From an uncultured delta proteobacterium (GTDB lineage Bacteria > Desulfobacterota > Desulfobacteria > Desulfobacterales > B30-G6): a DNA stretch of 64,000 bases. Made by a program: the position numbers and the translations under genes. The stretch is taken from contig CAWGLD010000005.1 in assembly GCA_963823335.1 (NCBI GenBank), positions 288,001-352,000 on the forward strand, written 5' to 3'. Numbering within the stretch: the first letter of the stretch is position 1; the number at the start of each line of letters is the position of its first letter. The notes under the pieces were generated by a model. That model searched no databases. It saw only the letters and a list, made by a program, of their open reading frames with translations, and had not been told where the DNA came from. Of this stretch, positions 1-8,911 are shown piece after piece.

Positions 1-1519
1 GGATGCATTAGACAAAGTTACCGGCCGGGCACAGTACACAGCGGATATTCGTCTTCCGGGGATGGTCTATGCCAGGATTTTGAGGCCACCCGCTCATGGT
101 GCAAAACTGCTGAACGTGGATACCTCCGCCGCGGAAAGGATGAAGGATGTCCAGGTCGTTCACGATGGTGATTTGATAGCCGTTCTACACCCGCATCCGG
201 ACGGTGCCGAAAAAGCTCTTGTCAGTATTAAGGCCGATTTTGACCTACCAGATACGGGTATCAACGACGAAACCATTTTCAACCACCTTCTCGAAAATGC
301 TCCGGAACCGGTGGTCGCGTCCGAAGCAGGCAATCTCAAAGTAGGCGAAAAAAAGGCCGTTTCGATTGTCGAGGAGACTTACCTGAATAGCTATGTAGCA
401 CATGCGCCCATGGAACCCCATGCAGCCTTGGCCTCTGTAGATGGAAACAAAGCATCGGTGTGGGCCTCGACGCAGACGCCCTTCGGTGTTCAAAGACTCG
501 TTGCAAAAACGCTGGGCTTGCCAGTGGAAAACGTTCGCGTCATTACACCTTTCGTGGGAGGAGGATTCGGAGGTAAGTCGGCATCTTCCCAGGCCGCAGA
601 AGCGGCGCGGCTTGCCAAACTTTCTGGTAAACCCGTCATGGTTATCTGGACACGGGAAGAGGAGTTTTTTTTCGATACTTTTCGGCCGGCCGCAGTGGTT
701 AAAATTCGATCCGGCATTGACGACACAGGTCGCATGTCGTTTTGGGACTACCTTGTGTATTTTGCCGGCCAAAGAGGCTGCCAAAACTTTTACGAAATTC
801 CCCATCATCGTGAAGCAGTTTACGGAGAATGGCGAATTGAATCGGGCATTCATCCCTTTGCAGTCGGTCCTTGGCGTGCCCCCGCTGCAAATACGAACAT
901 CTATGCTAGGGATCTACAGATGAATATCATGGCATCCATGGCAGGAAAAGATCCCTTGGAGTTTCGCCTGAGCCATCTGAAAGACAAACGAATGCGCGGG
1001 GTTCTCGAAGCGGCCGCAAAACAATTCGGCTGGACACCATCAAAAACACCCAGCGGCCGTGGCTACGGGATATCCTGCGGCATCGATGCAGAGACATACG
1101 TAGCTTCCATGGCAGAGGTCGAAGTGGACCGCAGCAGCGGAATGATCAATGTGAAGCGGGTCGTTTGCGCACAGGATATGGGCCAGGTAGTTAATCCGCA
1201 GGGGGCTACCATACAGATGGAAGGCTGTATTACCATGGGACTGGGCTATGCCTTGAGAGAAGAAATTCACTTCAGCAATGGCCGACTTCTCGATGTCAAT
1301 TTCGACACCTATGCCATTCCGCAATTTTCATGGCTTCCCTTAATCGAAACCGTGATCGTGCCGAATCCGACCCTGGGGCCCAAAGGAGGTGGTGAGCCAG
1401 CCATTGTCTGCATGGGCGGCGTACTGGCCACGGCGGTGTACGATGCAACGGGGGCCAAAGTACTTCAGCTTCCCATGACACCACAACGTGTCAAAAGAGC
1501 CCTGAACAAAACGGGCTAA
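1..1519 (+). CDS. Xanthine dehydrogenase/isoquinoline oxidoreductase family molybdopterin-binding subunit, 5'-partial
   Basis: Frame open from base 2 (DALDKVTGRAQYTADIRLPGM...); motifs AHAPMEP, GGGFGGK, WRAP, GQVVNP..Q.EG, KGGGEP. Confidence 0.9.
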   Translation, partial: DALDKVTGRAQYTADIRLPGMVYARILRPPAHGAKLLNVDTSAAERMKDVQVVHDGDLIAVLHPHPDGAEKALVSIKADFDLPDTGINDETIFNHLLENAPEPVVASEAGNLKVGEKKAVSIVEETYLNSYVAHAPMEPHAALASVDGNKASVWASTQTPFGVQRLVAKTLGLPVENVRVITPFVGGGFGGKSASSQAAEAARLAKLSGKPVMVIWTREEEFFFDTFRPAAVVKIRSGIDDTGRMSFWDYLVYFAGQRGCQNFYEIPHHREAVYGEWRIESGIHPFAVGPWRAPAANTNIYARDLQMNIMASMAGKDPLEFRLSHLKDKRMRGVLEAAAKQFGWTPSKTPSGRGYGISCGIDAETYVASMAEVEVDRSSGMINVKRVVCAQDMGQVVNPQGATIQMEGCITMGLGYALREEIHFSNGRLLDVNFDTYAIPQFSWLPLIETVIVPNPTLGPKGGGEPAIVCMGGVLATAVYDATGAKVLQLPMTPQRVKRALNKTG

Positions 1520-1523
1520 CGGA

Positions 1524-1549
1524 TGCAGATATCATGCATGATATCTGCA
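1524..1549. repeat. Perfect 26-bp palindrome right after the oxidoreductase stop (hairpin, possible terminator or stabiliser)
   Basis: tgcagatatcatgcatgatatctgca equals its own reverse complement; no U-tract follows. Confidence 0.75.
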
Positions 1550-1673
1550 CGGGCCCAATTATTCAGATTGTTGTGTTTTCATGGTATCGTCCACACACAA
1601 ATTTAAGAGACCCCAAGTAAGATTATCATAGAAGCTTTTGATTATTGACTGATTCAGGAAAGTGAAGATTTGA

Positions 1674-1955
1674 TCAAGATTGGTGATAACCCACGATTGA
1701 AGATACTGTAACAGAGTTTCGGACTGCACCAGTCTTCAACAGGCGCATCAGGCTTTTAGGGGATTTAGCTGCTACTGTACCAAGGGCATCAAAACCGATA
1801 GTGGCGTTAATATAATCGCGCAAGATAGCTTTTCCGGTATCCATATCACCGACCAGAAGGCATTCAATTCCTTGCATAAGTAGTTCTTCCCGAAATATCG
1901 GATCGCGTTCAATCCGGTTTTTAACAGTTTCTTTAAAATTTCTTGTAAGTGCCAT
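1674..1955 (-). pseudogene. Truncated addiction-module antidote / HTH regulator
   Basis: MALTRNFKETVKNRIERDPIFREELL...GKAILRDYINATIGF...KSPKSLMR matches the antidote family. Similarity ends abruptly after SLMR, and larB rather than a toxin gene lies upstream. Confidence 0.65.
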
Positions 1956-2017
1956 TTCAAAACCTCTATGTAACGTCATTTCCAAAGAGATTACTTCCTG
2001 AAAAACACTGAGCAATA

Positions 2018-2767
2018 TTATTTCCGGTTGATGATGGCGGCCATATACCCCGCCCCGAAGCCATTGTCGATGTTGACGACAGCTACGTTTGAACTGCAAC
2101 TGTTCAACATGGCAAAAAGCGCTGTCAGGCCTCCGAGACTCGCGCCGTAGCCGATACTGGTGGGTACGGCAATTACCGGCCGACACACCATCCCGGCCAC
2201 CACGCTGGGAAGTGCTCCCTCCATGCCGGCAACGACGATGATAACCGCGGCTTTTTCGATGAGGTCCTGGTGGGCGAAAAGTCGATGGATGCCGGCCACA
2301 CCTACATCATAAATTGATTTGACCTTGTTTCCCATAGCCTGGGCTGTCAGGTGGGCTTCCCTGGCAACGGGGATATCGGATGTGCCTGCCGATATGACCA
2401 ATATCTCACCTTTGGCGCTGGATGAGGGCTTTTGTTTCCCCAGGAGAATCATTCTGGCCTCCAGGTCATATATGGCGTCCGTAAAAATGGGCATGATTTT
2501 GGCCGCTTTTTCCGCATCGACCCGGGTGACCAGGATCACGGACTCCTGCGGGATCATCCTTTCCATGATGCCGATGATCTGTGGGGCTGTTTTTCCGAGA
2601 CCGAAAATGACTTCCGGAAAACCTTTGCGAAGGGATCGGTGGTGATCGATATGTGCAAAATCGATATCTTCGTAGGGGAGTTTCTTGATTAAATCCGATG
2701 CCTCTTCAATGGAAGTCTTCCCATTAGCTACGGCATGTAACAGCTGATTGAGTCTTTCCTGATCCAT
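2018..2767 (-). CDS. larB: Nickel pincer cofactor biosynthesis protein LarB (PurE-like)
   Basis: DHHR..RKGFPEVIFG.GKT, SAGTSDIPVAREA, DVGVAGIHRL, AGMEGALPSVV, VPTSIGYG, VVNIDNGFGA. Confidence 0.93.
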   Translation of the reverse strand: MDQERLNQLLHAVANGKTSIEEASDLIKKLPYEDIDFAHIDHHRSLRKGFPEVIFGLGKTAPQIIGIMERMIPQESVILVTRVDAEKAAKIMPIFTDAIYDLEARMILLGKQKPSSSAKGEILVISAGTSDIPVAREAHLTAQAMGNKVKSIYDVGVAGIHRLFAHQDLIEKAAVIIVVAGMEGALPSVVAGMVCRPVIAVPTSIGYGASLGGLTALFAMLNSCSSNVAVVNIDNGFGAGYMAAIINRK

Positions 2768-2873
2768 AATTTATTACGTATCGAAAACCTGGTCTTCTGG
2801 GCCAGGTCAGAGAAGTTTGGCTGTGCCGATGTCGTTAGTTACTTAAATATTAATAAGCGACAACGTCGCGTCA

Positions 2874-2898
2874 AATAAAATCGTGCAACGATTTTATT
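2874..2898. terminator. Hairpin overlapping the stop of the 2897-3796 gene
   Basis: aataaaatcgt-gca-acgattttatt, 11-bp perfect stem. Confidence 0.5.
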
Positions 2899-3796
2899 AT
2901 TCAATGGTCTGTTCCACAATATCGCCAGATTCACTGGTGGCAGGTTTGTTTTTTTCACTTTCAGACACCGGAGCTTGTGAAACCGGCGGTGGCGGTTGCG
3001 TGGCGGGTGCAACGCCGGATGAGCCGCTATTGCTTTTCTGAAGATTTTTCATCTCTTTCCTAATGGTCTGAATTTCTTTTTCCAAGAGGGCTGTTTTATC
3101 TAAAAGTGATTGTCGATACCCGATTTCCTTAAGTTTGAGTGCCAGTTCGAGGTCGTCCTTATCGATGGCTTTCTCACTGAACATCTCAAGTTCTTTTCTG
3201 ATGGTATTGGTACGGATATCGATCTCCGCCATTTTTTCAGACAACATCCTTAAATTGTTAGACATCTGCCGTGATTCATCAACGATCTGGTCATTCACCA
3301 ATGCAAGCGCTTCAATTTCGGGCTTCAAACTCTGTGGAATTTCGGCAATTTTGCTCGTCAAGGTTTTGGTAACACGGCTCAATTCATCCCGGTTAATTGA
3401 CGAATCGCTTATCTGGGTCATTGACTCCTGAAGTTTGGTGATCCTGGATTTCAAAAAAGCAGCAGATTTTTCAAGTTCCGGAAGTTTTTTAGCCTGGATG
3501 TCATTTATCTTTGCCTGTTCGAGGGAAAGGGAGGAAAATTTTGATGCGAGATCCTTGGAAAGCTTTTGTACACCAATGGCCCCGGTGTCATAAGATCGCG
3601 TAACCCTGTCCTTGATATCGAGATAGGTGATAACCAGGATGACCCCGATCATGCAAGGGATGAGAATGGTCAACAGGGTTACCCGATGGCCGAGTTTTTC
3701 AATTTTGAGTTCTCGAAGCTCATCCTGGTGAATGGTCTCGGGCTCATCCTCGTCCGCGCTGAATTGAAATCTGGAATTGTCATTTTTTTCGATCAT
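2897..3796 (-). CDS. Membrane-anchored coiled-coil hypothetical protein
   Basis: One TM segment (VTLLTILIPCMIGVILVITYL), heptad-rich body, Pro/Ser tail; starts 3 bp after guaA. Confidence 0.8.
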   Translation of the reverse strand: MIEKNDNSRFQFSADEDEPETIHQDELRELKIEKLGHRVTLLTILIPCMIGVILVITYLDIKDRVTRSYDTGAIGVQKLSKDLASKFSSLSLEQAKINDIQAKKLPELEKSAAFLKSRITKLQESMTQISDSSINRDELSRVTKTLTSKIAEIPQSLKPEIEALALVNDQIVDESRQMSNNLRMLSEKMAEIDIRTNTIRKELEMFSEKAIDKDDLELALKLKEIGYRQSLLDKTALLEKEIQTIRKEMKNLQKSNSGSSGVAPATQPPPPVSQAPVSESEKNKPATSESGDIVEQTIE

Positions 3797-3799
3797 TGC

Positions 3800-5329
3800 T
3801 TATTCCCATTCTATTGTGCTCGGCGGTTTCGAGCTGATATCGTACACAACCCGGTTGACGCCACGAACTTCGTTGATAATCCGATTCGATATTTTTCCTA
3901 AAAATGCGTGGGGTAATCTGGCCCAGTCTGCAGTCATGGCATCTTTGCTGGTAACTGCGCGGATTGCCACAATATGCTCATATGTGCGGCTGTCCCCCAT
4001 GATACCGACACTTTTCAGGGGTAATAGTACGGCAAAGGATTGCCATACTTTTTTATAATAACCACCCGCCCGAATCTCTTCAAGCAGGACAGCATCTACT
4101 TCCCTGAGAATGGCGAGCCTCTGTTGTGTTATTTCACCGATGATCCGGATGGCGAGGCCCGGACCTGGGAACGGCTGGCGCCAGGTGAGATCTTCGGGGA
4201 GGCCGATTGCCTTACCGAGAGCCCGGACTTCATCCTTGAAGAGAAACTTCAGTGGTTCCACGAGTTTGAGCTTCATTTTCTTGGGAAGACCACCCACGTT
4301 GTGATGGGATTTTATGACCGAAGTGGGACCGCCAAAGGCGGATACCGATTCGATAACATCGGGATAGAGGGTTCCCTGAGCCAGGAATTCAGCTCCTTTT
4401 ATTTTTCGGGCCTGATCTTCGAATACTTCCATGAAGACCCTGCCGATAATTTTTCTCTTTTTCTCCGGATCTGAGACCCGGGCCAGGGCTTTCAGAAATT
4501 TTGATTTGGCGCTCACAAATTTGATGTTGATATTTAAATGTTGCTTAAGGCGCTGCTTGAGTTGAGATGTCTCGTTTTTTCGCAGCAGCCCGTTGTCTAC
4601 AAAGATACAGGTCAAATTTTTGCCCACCGCTTTGTGAATCAAAAGGGCCGTGACCGAGGAATCGACTCCGCCGCTCAAACCAAGGATGACTTTCTGGTTT
4701 CCGATCTGTTGCCTGATTTCTGTGATTGATGATTTTGCAAAAGATTTCATGGTCCATGACCGTCGGCAGCCACATATATCAAAAAGAAAATGCTGGAGCA
4801 TCAACTTGCCTTTGGGTGTGTGCTCTACCTCAGGATGGAATTGGAAACCATACAAACGCTTGCGATAATGTTGAGCTGCGGCAATGGGTGTGTTGCTGGT
4901 GGCGGCCGTCGCAACGAACCCTGTGGGGAGCTTCTGAATCGAGTCCCCGTGGCTCATCCATGTCTGGGTCTTGCTGTCCATGTCTTTAAAGAGCCCTGTC
5001 TGCTTTTTAATGGTCAGTTCGGCAAAACCATATTCCCGTTTCCGGGAACTGTTCACAACCCCTCCAAGAGCATCCACCATGAACTGCATGCCGTAACAGA
5101 TGCCCAGTACGGGGATCTTCAGATTGAAAATATTTGTATCGATACGGGGGCTGTTTTCTTCATAGATACTTGAAGGCCCCCCGGATAAAATGATGCCTTC
5201 AGGTTTCATGGCCCTGATATCATTGATGGAAATTCTGGGCGATTCAATCTGGCAGTACACATGGCACTCCCTGACCCGGCGTGCGATCAACTGATTGAAC
5301 TGTGACCCGAAATCGATGATCAGTATCAT
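3800..5329 (-). CDS. guaA: GMP synthase (glutamine-hydrolysing)
   Basis: DFGSQ, LGICYGMQ, QFHPEV, SGGVDS, IKSHHNVGGLP, PFPGPGLAIR, KPPSTIEWE. Confidence 0.98.
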   Translation of the reverse strand: MILIIDFGSQFNQLIARRVRECHVYCQIESPRISINDIRAMKPEGIILSGGPSSIYEENSPRIDTNIFNLKIPVLGICYGMQFMVDALGGVVNSSRKREYGFAELTIKKQTGLFKDMDSKTQTWMSHGDSIQKLPTGFVATAATSNTPIAAAQHYRKRLYGFQFHPEVEHTPKGKLMLQHFLFDICGCRRSWTMKSFAKSSITEIRQQIGNQKVILGLSGGVDSSVTALLIHKAVGKNLTCIFVDNGLLRKNETSQLKQRLKQHLNINIKFVSAKSKFLKALARVSDPEKKRKIIGRVFMEVFEDQARKIKGAEFLAQGTLYPDVIESVSAFGGPTSVIKSHHNVGGLPKKMKLKLVEPLKFLFKDEVRALGKAIGLPEDLTWRQPFPGPGLAIRIIGEITQQRLAILREVDAVLLEEIRAGGYYKKVWQSFAVLLPLKSVGIMGDSRTYEHIVAIRAVTSKDAMTADWARLPHAFLGKISNRIINEVRGVNRVVYDISSKPPSTIEWE

Positions 5330-5365
5330 GGGTATTCCCTTTTATAGGTTTGCGAAATCATGGTG

Positions 5366-5394
5366 AATATGTTAGAGACGGCTACAAAAGTCAA
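5366..5394 (-). promoter_or_regulatory. Candidate sigma70 promoter of guaA
   Basis: Minus strand TTGACT-N17-CATATT. Confidence 0.5.
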
Positions 5395-5415
5395 CTATTT
5401 TTAGAAGATTCAGGT

Positions 5416-5478
5416 ATAAGCCATAAGCGGTGAGCTGCTTAACAGCCTACAGCTTAACGCTTATGGCTTATTGCTTAT
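5416..5478. repeat. Degenerate heptamer arrays in inverted arrangement (taagcNN ... gcttaNN)
   Basis: ataagccataagcggtgagc ... agcttaacgcttatggcttattgctta. Confidence 0.6.
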
Positions 5479-5499
5479 CCAAATATAGAGAGGTGACCC

Positions 5500-6063
5500 A
5501 TGATAGAAAGCGGTGATTTGAGAAAGGGTCTGAAGTTAGAAATTGACGGAGAACCCTTTGTGATTGTCCAGTTCGAGTTTGTAAAACCCGGCAAAGGACA
5601 GTCGCTGTATAAATGCAAATTAAAAAACCTGTTAACCGGTGTTCAATTCGACAGGACATTTCGATCGGGAGATAAATTCAACGAAGCCGGTTTGGAAGAA
5701 CATGAGATGGAGTATCTCTATTTCGACGGCGAAAGCTACTGCTTCATGAATACATCTACATACGAGCAAGAATTCATGAATGTGGAACAGATCGGGGATT
5801 TAAAGAATTTTTTAAAAGAGAACACGACCGTCAACATGCTGTTCTATGAGAGGCGGCCCATTGATCTTACATTGCCGAATTTTGTCGAGTTGACCATTAC
5901 GCAAGCCGATCCCTGGGCAAAAGGGGACACGGCTTCGGGTGATTCAAAACCGGCGACAGTGGAAACGGGCTATGTGCTTCAGGTGCCGCCTTTTGTCGAG
6001 GAAGGGGAGGCCGTCAAGATCGATACCAGGACAGGGCAATATGTGGAGAGGGTGAAGCAATAA
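5500..6063 (+). CDS. efp: Elongation factor P
   Basis: KPGKG loop, YLYFDG, KGDTASG, LQVPPFVEEGE.VKIDTRTGQY; RBS gaggtg. Confidence 0.98.
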   Translation: MIESGDLRKGLKLEIDGEPFVIVQFEFVKPGKGQSLYKCKLKNLLTGVQFDRTFRSGDKFNEAGLEEHEMEYLYFDGESYCFMNTSTYEQEFMNVEQIGDLKNFLKENTTVNMLFYERRPIDLTLPNFVELTITQADPWAKGDTASGDSKPATVETGYVLQVPPFVEEGEAVKIDTRTGQYVERVKQ

Positions 6064-6134
6064 GCCCATTAGGCTGAAGACTGTTAGACTATTAGGTGTC
6101 TAAAGCCTACAGTCTAATAGCCTATTTGCCTGTA

Positions 6135-7376
6135 CTATGAAATGTCCGCATATCGGTTTTGAATAGATTTCAGGATGCTGAGTCTGGAGAAGAATATTTC
6201 GATCAGTTCAGGATCGAACTGAGCACCCGATTCTTTTTCAATGGTTGTGAGAACGTCACTTTCATCCCAGGCTTCTTTGTAGACTCTTTTAGAGGAAAGG
6301 GCATCATACACATCCGCCAGGGCGACAATTCTGCCGAAGATAGGGATTTCATTCCCTTTTTTCCCCATGGGTTTCCCCTCGGGGGTCATACGTTCAGCCA
6401 GAGACTCGCCTGTCATCACATCAATATGGCCCGGGTATCCATGGCCATCCCAGCGTTCATGGTGGCTCAGGGCAACATCGAAGGCAGCCTCATCAAAATC
6501 TGACTGGGTGTTGAGAAATAACCGGGCTCCTAGAAAGGTATGCTGTTTCATGGTTTCGAATTCATCCTCATTAAAACGACTCGGTTTATTGAGGATGACG
6601 TCGGGAATGGCAACTTTCCCTACATCGTGCAACATGGCGGCCATACGGAGGCTATCCCGGTTCCGGTCAAATTCTTCTTTGGGCAGATTGTGTTTTCGCG
6701 CCCACTGTTCGTAAATTTCGATGGAATAACCACCCACACGGTTGACATGTGGTCCGGTTTCCTTCGGGTCCCGCATTTCAGACATGCGGATCATGCGAAG
6801 CAAAATAGATCGTGTCATCTGGGCGCGTTCTAGCGCCACGGCAGCTGTACTGGCAAAATGGAGCATGCATTTTTCATCGCTATCCGAAAATGGAATAATA
6901 TTTTTGTTTTCATCCTGAGCGTTGATAATCTGCAGAATGCCGAGAATATCCCCCCTGCGTGTTTTCAACGGAACAGTGATAACGGACCTGGTTTGGTAAC
7001 CTGACTCCTCATCAAATTGTTTCCCAAAATGGTAGGGCGCTGTTGGTTCAATCTCATAAACATTCGGGATGTTGAGAAGCTGACCTGTGGTAGCCACATA
7101 CCCGGAGATGCTTTCTTTGTTTATGGGCAGGGTAAACGTGGCGTAAATGAGTTTCCCGCCTTTGGGGAGGCGTTCCTGCAGGGTATCGTTCTGGGTATAG
7201 GTGAATTGAAGTGTATTCTCATCCGTGTTTCTGATATAGATAGAGCCGGCATCCGCGTTTACAAAACTTCTGGCGCATTCCAAGACACGCTCCATCAGAA
7301 TGTCAAGATCACGGACCTGATTCAGTTCAATTCCCAGGTAGGTCAGCTTGTCAAGTTTCTCTTTTTCACTGAGCAT
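6135..7376 (-). CDS. GAF + HD-GYP phosphodiesterase
   Basis: GAF domain (ADAGSIY, ISGYVATTG, LQIIN); ETGPHVNRV, LHDVGK, HHERWDGHGYP, ADVYDALSSKRVYK. Confidence 0.92.
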   Translation of the reverse strand: MLSEKEKLDKLTYLGIELNQVRDLDILMERVLECARSFVNADAGSIYIRNTDENTLQFTYTQNDTLQERLPKGGKLIYATFTLPINKESISGYVATTGQLLNIPNVYEIEPTAPYHFGKQFDEESGYQTRSVITVPLKTRRGDILGILQIINAQDENKNIIPFSDSDEKCMLHFASTAAVALERAQMTRSILLRMIRMSEMRDPKETGPHVNRVGGYSIEIYEQWARKHNLPKEEFDRNRDSLRMAAMLHDVGKVAIPDVILNKPSRFNEDEFETMKQHTFLGARLFLNTQSDFDEAAFDVALSHHERWDGHGYPGHIDVMTGESLAERMTPEGKPMGKKGNEIPIFGRIVALADVYDALSSKRVYKEAWDESDVLTTIEKESGAQFDPELIEIFFSRLSILKSIQNRYADIS

Positions 7377-7484
7377 GGGGTCTCCCCTCAATCAGTATCC
7401 GTAACCCGGGTCTGTCTGTGTAATCAGGCTATTTTAGGGTATGACGATAGGAAAGTCCAGTCTGTGTGTCGACAGAGAGTTCCA

Positions 7485-8705
7485 CTAGGTGTGGTTTTTA
7501 ACGAGATACTTACTGATCCGGTTGCCTTCTCTTCTTTCTATGACAATGGTGAAGTTGGCAATGGTGAATTCTTCTTTTTCCTTGGGTATTTTACCGATGG
7601 TGTCCAGTACATAACCGGAGAAGGTGTCGTAGGCTGTGGTGTCCGGGATATTCATTCCGGTGGCTTCGTTGACATCTTCGATGTCTGACTTTCCGAGGAT
7701 CATCCATTCACCTTTTTTCAGAGGGATAATATGTTTTTCATCCTTATCGGTTTCGTCTTCGATTTCTCCGACGAGTTCCTCCAGCGCATCTTCCAGTGAA
7801 ATCAGGCCGGACACACCCCCGTGCTCATCTACGACGATGGCCATATGATTTTTTGCTTTTTTAAACTGATGCAGCAGGGTGTCCAGTTTTTTGTTTTCCG
7901 GGATGAAATAGGGTGTCCGCATGATTTTTCGAACATCCATCTGTGGTTCACCCGTGGCCATGTGCATGAAGAGATCTTTGATATTCAGAATGCCGATTAC
8001 ATGGTCGATGGAGCCTTCTATCAACGGAATTCTCGAAAATCCGGAATTGAGGATCGATTTCATGTCCAGCGGCTGGTCTGCATCCACCACAAACATATCG
8101 GCTCTGGGAGTCATGATTTCATAGGCATTGGTATCGTCAAACTCGAAGATGTTGTGAATCAGCTCTTTTTCCTCCTCTTTGATCTCCCCTTCTTCTTCCA
8201 CCACTTCCACGAAGGTTATCAGCTCTTCTTCGGTGACGGTGCTCGGTTTTTTTATGCGACCGGTGAGCCAGGGGATGAAATTGAGAAACTTGATTACAGG
8301 GAAAAAGAGCAGCGACAGCCAGTATACCGGATAGATGGCCATTCTGGCGATGAGAAGATTATTCCTGGTTGCAATGGATTTGGGAAAAACTTCGCCGAAA
8401 ACCAGAAGCAGGAAGGTCATGCCACCGGTGGCGACACCCACGCCGAAACTCGGAAAAGTTTTAATGGCAAGGGTGGTGGCCAGGGCTGCCGCACCGACAT
8501 TGACCAGGTTGTTTCCGATTAAAATGGTTGTCAGAAGCGTATGGGGGTCTGCCTTCAATTTCTTGATCAGATGGGAGGTTTTCTTACCATCTTTGGATAT
8601 GTGAATGGCCTTGGTTTTGCTGATGGAAAAGAGCGCTGTTTCGGCCGACGAAAAAAAACCGGACACGAGGACCAACAGCAATAGGATTAACAACTGATCT
8701 GTCAT
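7485..8705 (-). CDS. Hemolysin/CNNM family protein (DUF21-CBS-CBS-CorC)
   Basis: SGFFSSAETA, ILIGNNLVN, FGEVFPKS, IMTPR, SGFSRIP, VVDEHGGVSGL. Confidence 0.93.
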   Translation of the reverse strand: MTDQLLILLLLVLVSGFFSSAETALFSISKTKAIHISKDGKKTSHLIKKLKADPHTLLTTILIGNNLVNVGAAALATTLAIKTFPSFGVGVATGGMTFLLLVFGEVFPKSIATRNNLLIARMAIYPVYWLSLLFFPVIKFLNFIPWLTGRIKKPSTVTEEELITFVEVVEEEGEIKEEEKELIHNIFEFDDTNAYEIMTPRADMFVVDADQPLDMKSILNSGFSRIPLIEGSIDHVIGILNIKDLFMHMATGEPQMDVRKIMRTPYFIPENKKLDTLLHQFKKAKNHMAIVVDEHGGVSGLISLEDALEELVGEIEDETDKDEKHIIPLKKGEWMILGKSDIEDVNEATGMNIPDTTAYDTFSGYVLDTIGKIPKEKEEFTIANFTIVIERREGNRISKYLVKNHT

Positions 8706-8911
8706 GATGACTGTTTCCTTAGCTTGTCCTCACAGGAATGAGTGGACGAAAAGAACAATAGATGGCATGTTCTTCGTGCTGGCTGAGGTAAAAATGGGTC
8801 TTGCAAGTTTTGTGGCATCCTCTTGAAATGGCTATGGGATCATGTAATAGTTAACATATTATTATAACCCACATTTTCGAAAGATCAAGTTTTAATCGAA
8901 ATTTTGAAGGT

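Noticed and set aside
1674-2186. 170-aa ORF as given in the track
   Set aside because: Its first half overlaps larB in another frame; the recognisable protein starts at ATG 1955.
8705-8860. yybP-ykoY or M-box riboswitch, or a leader peptide, upstream of the CNNM gene
   Set aside because: Only a gcaagacc fragment matches and the GGGGAGUAG arm is absent; the short upstream ORF has no properly spaced RBS.
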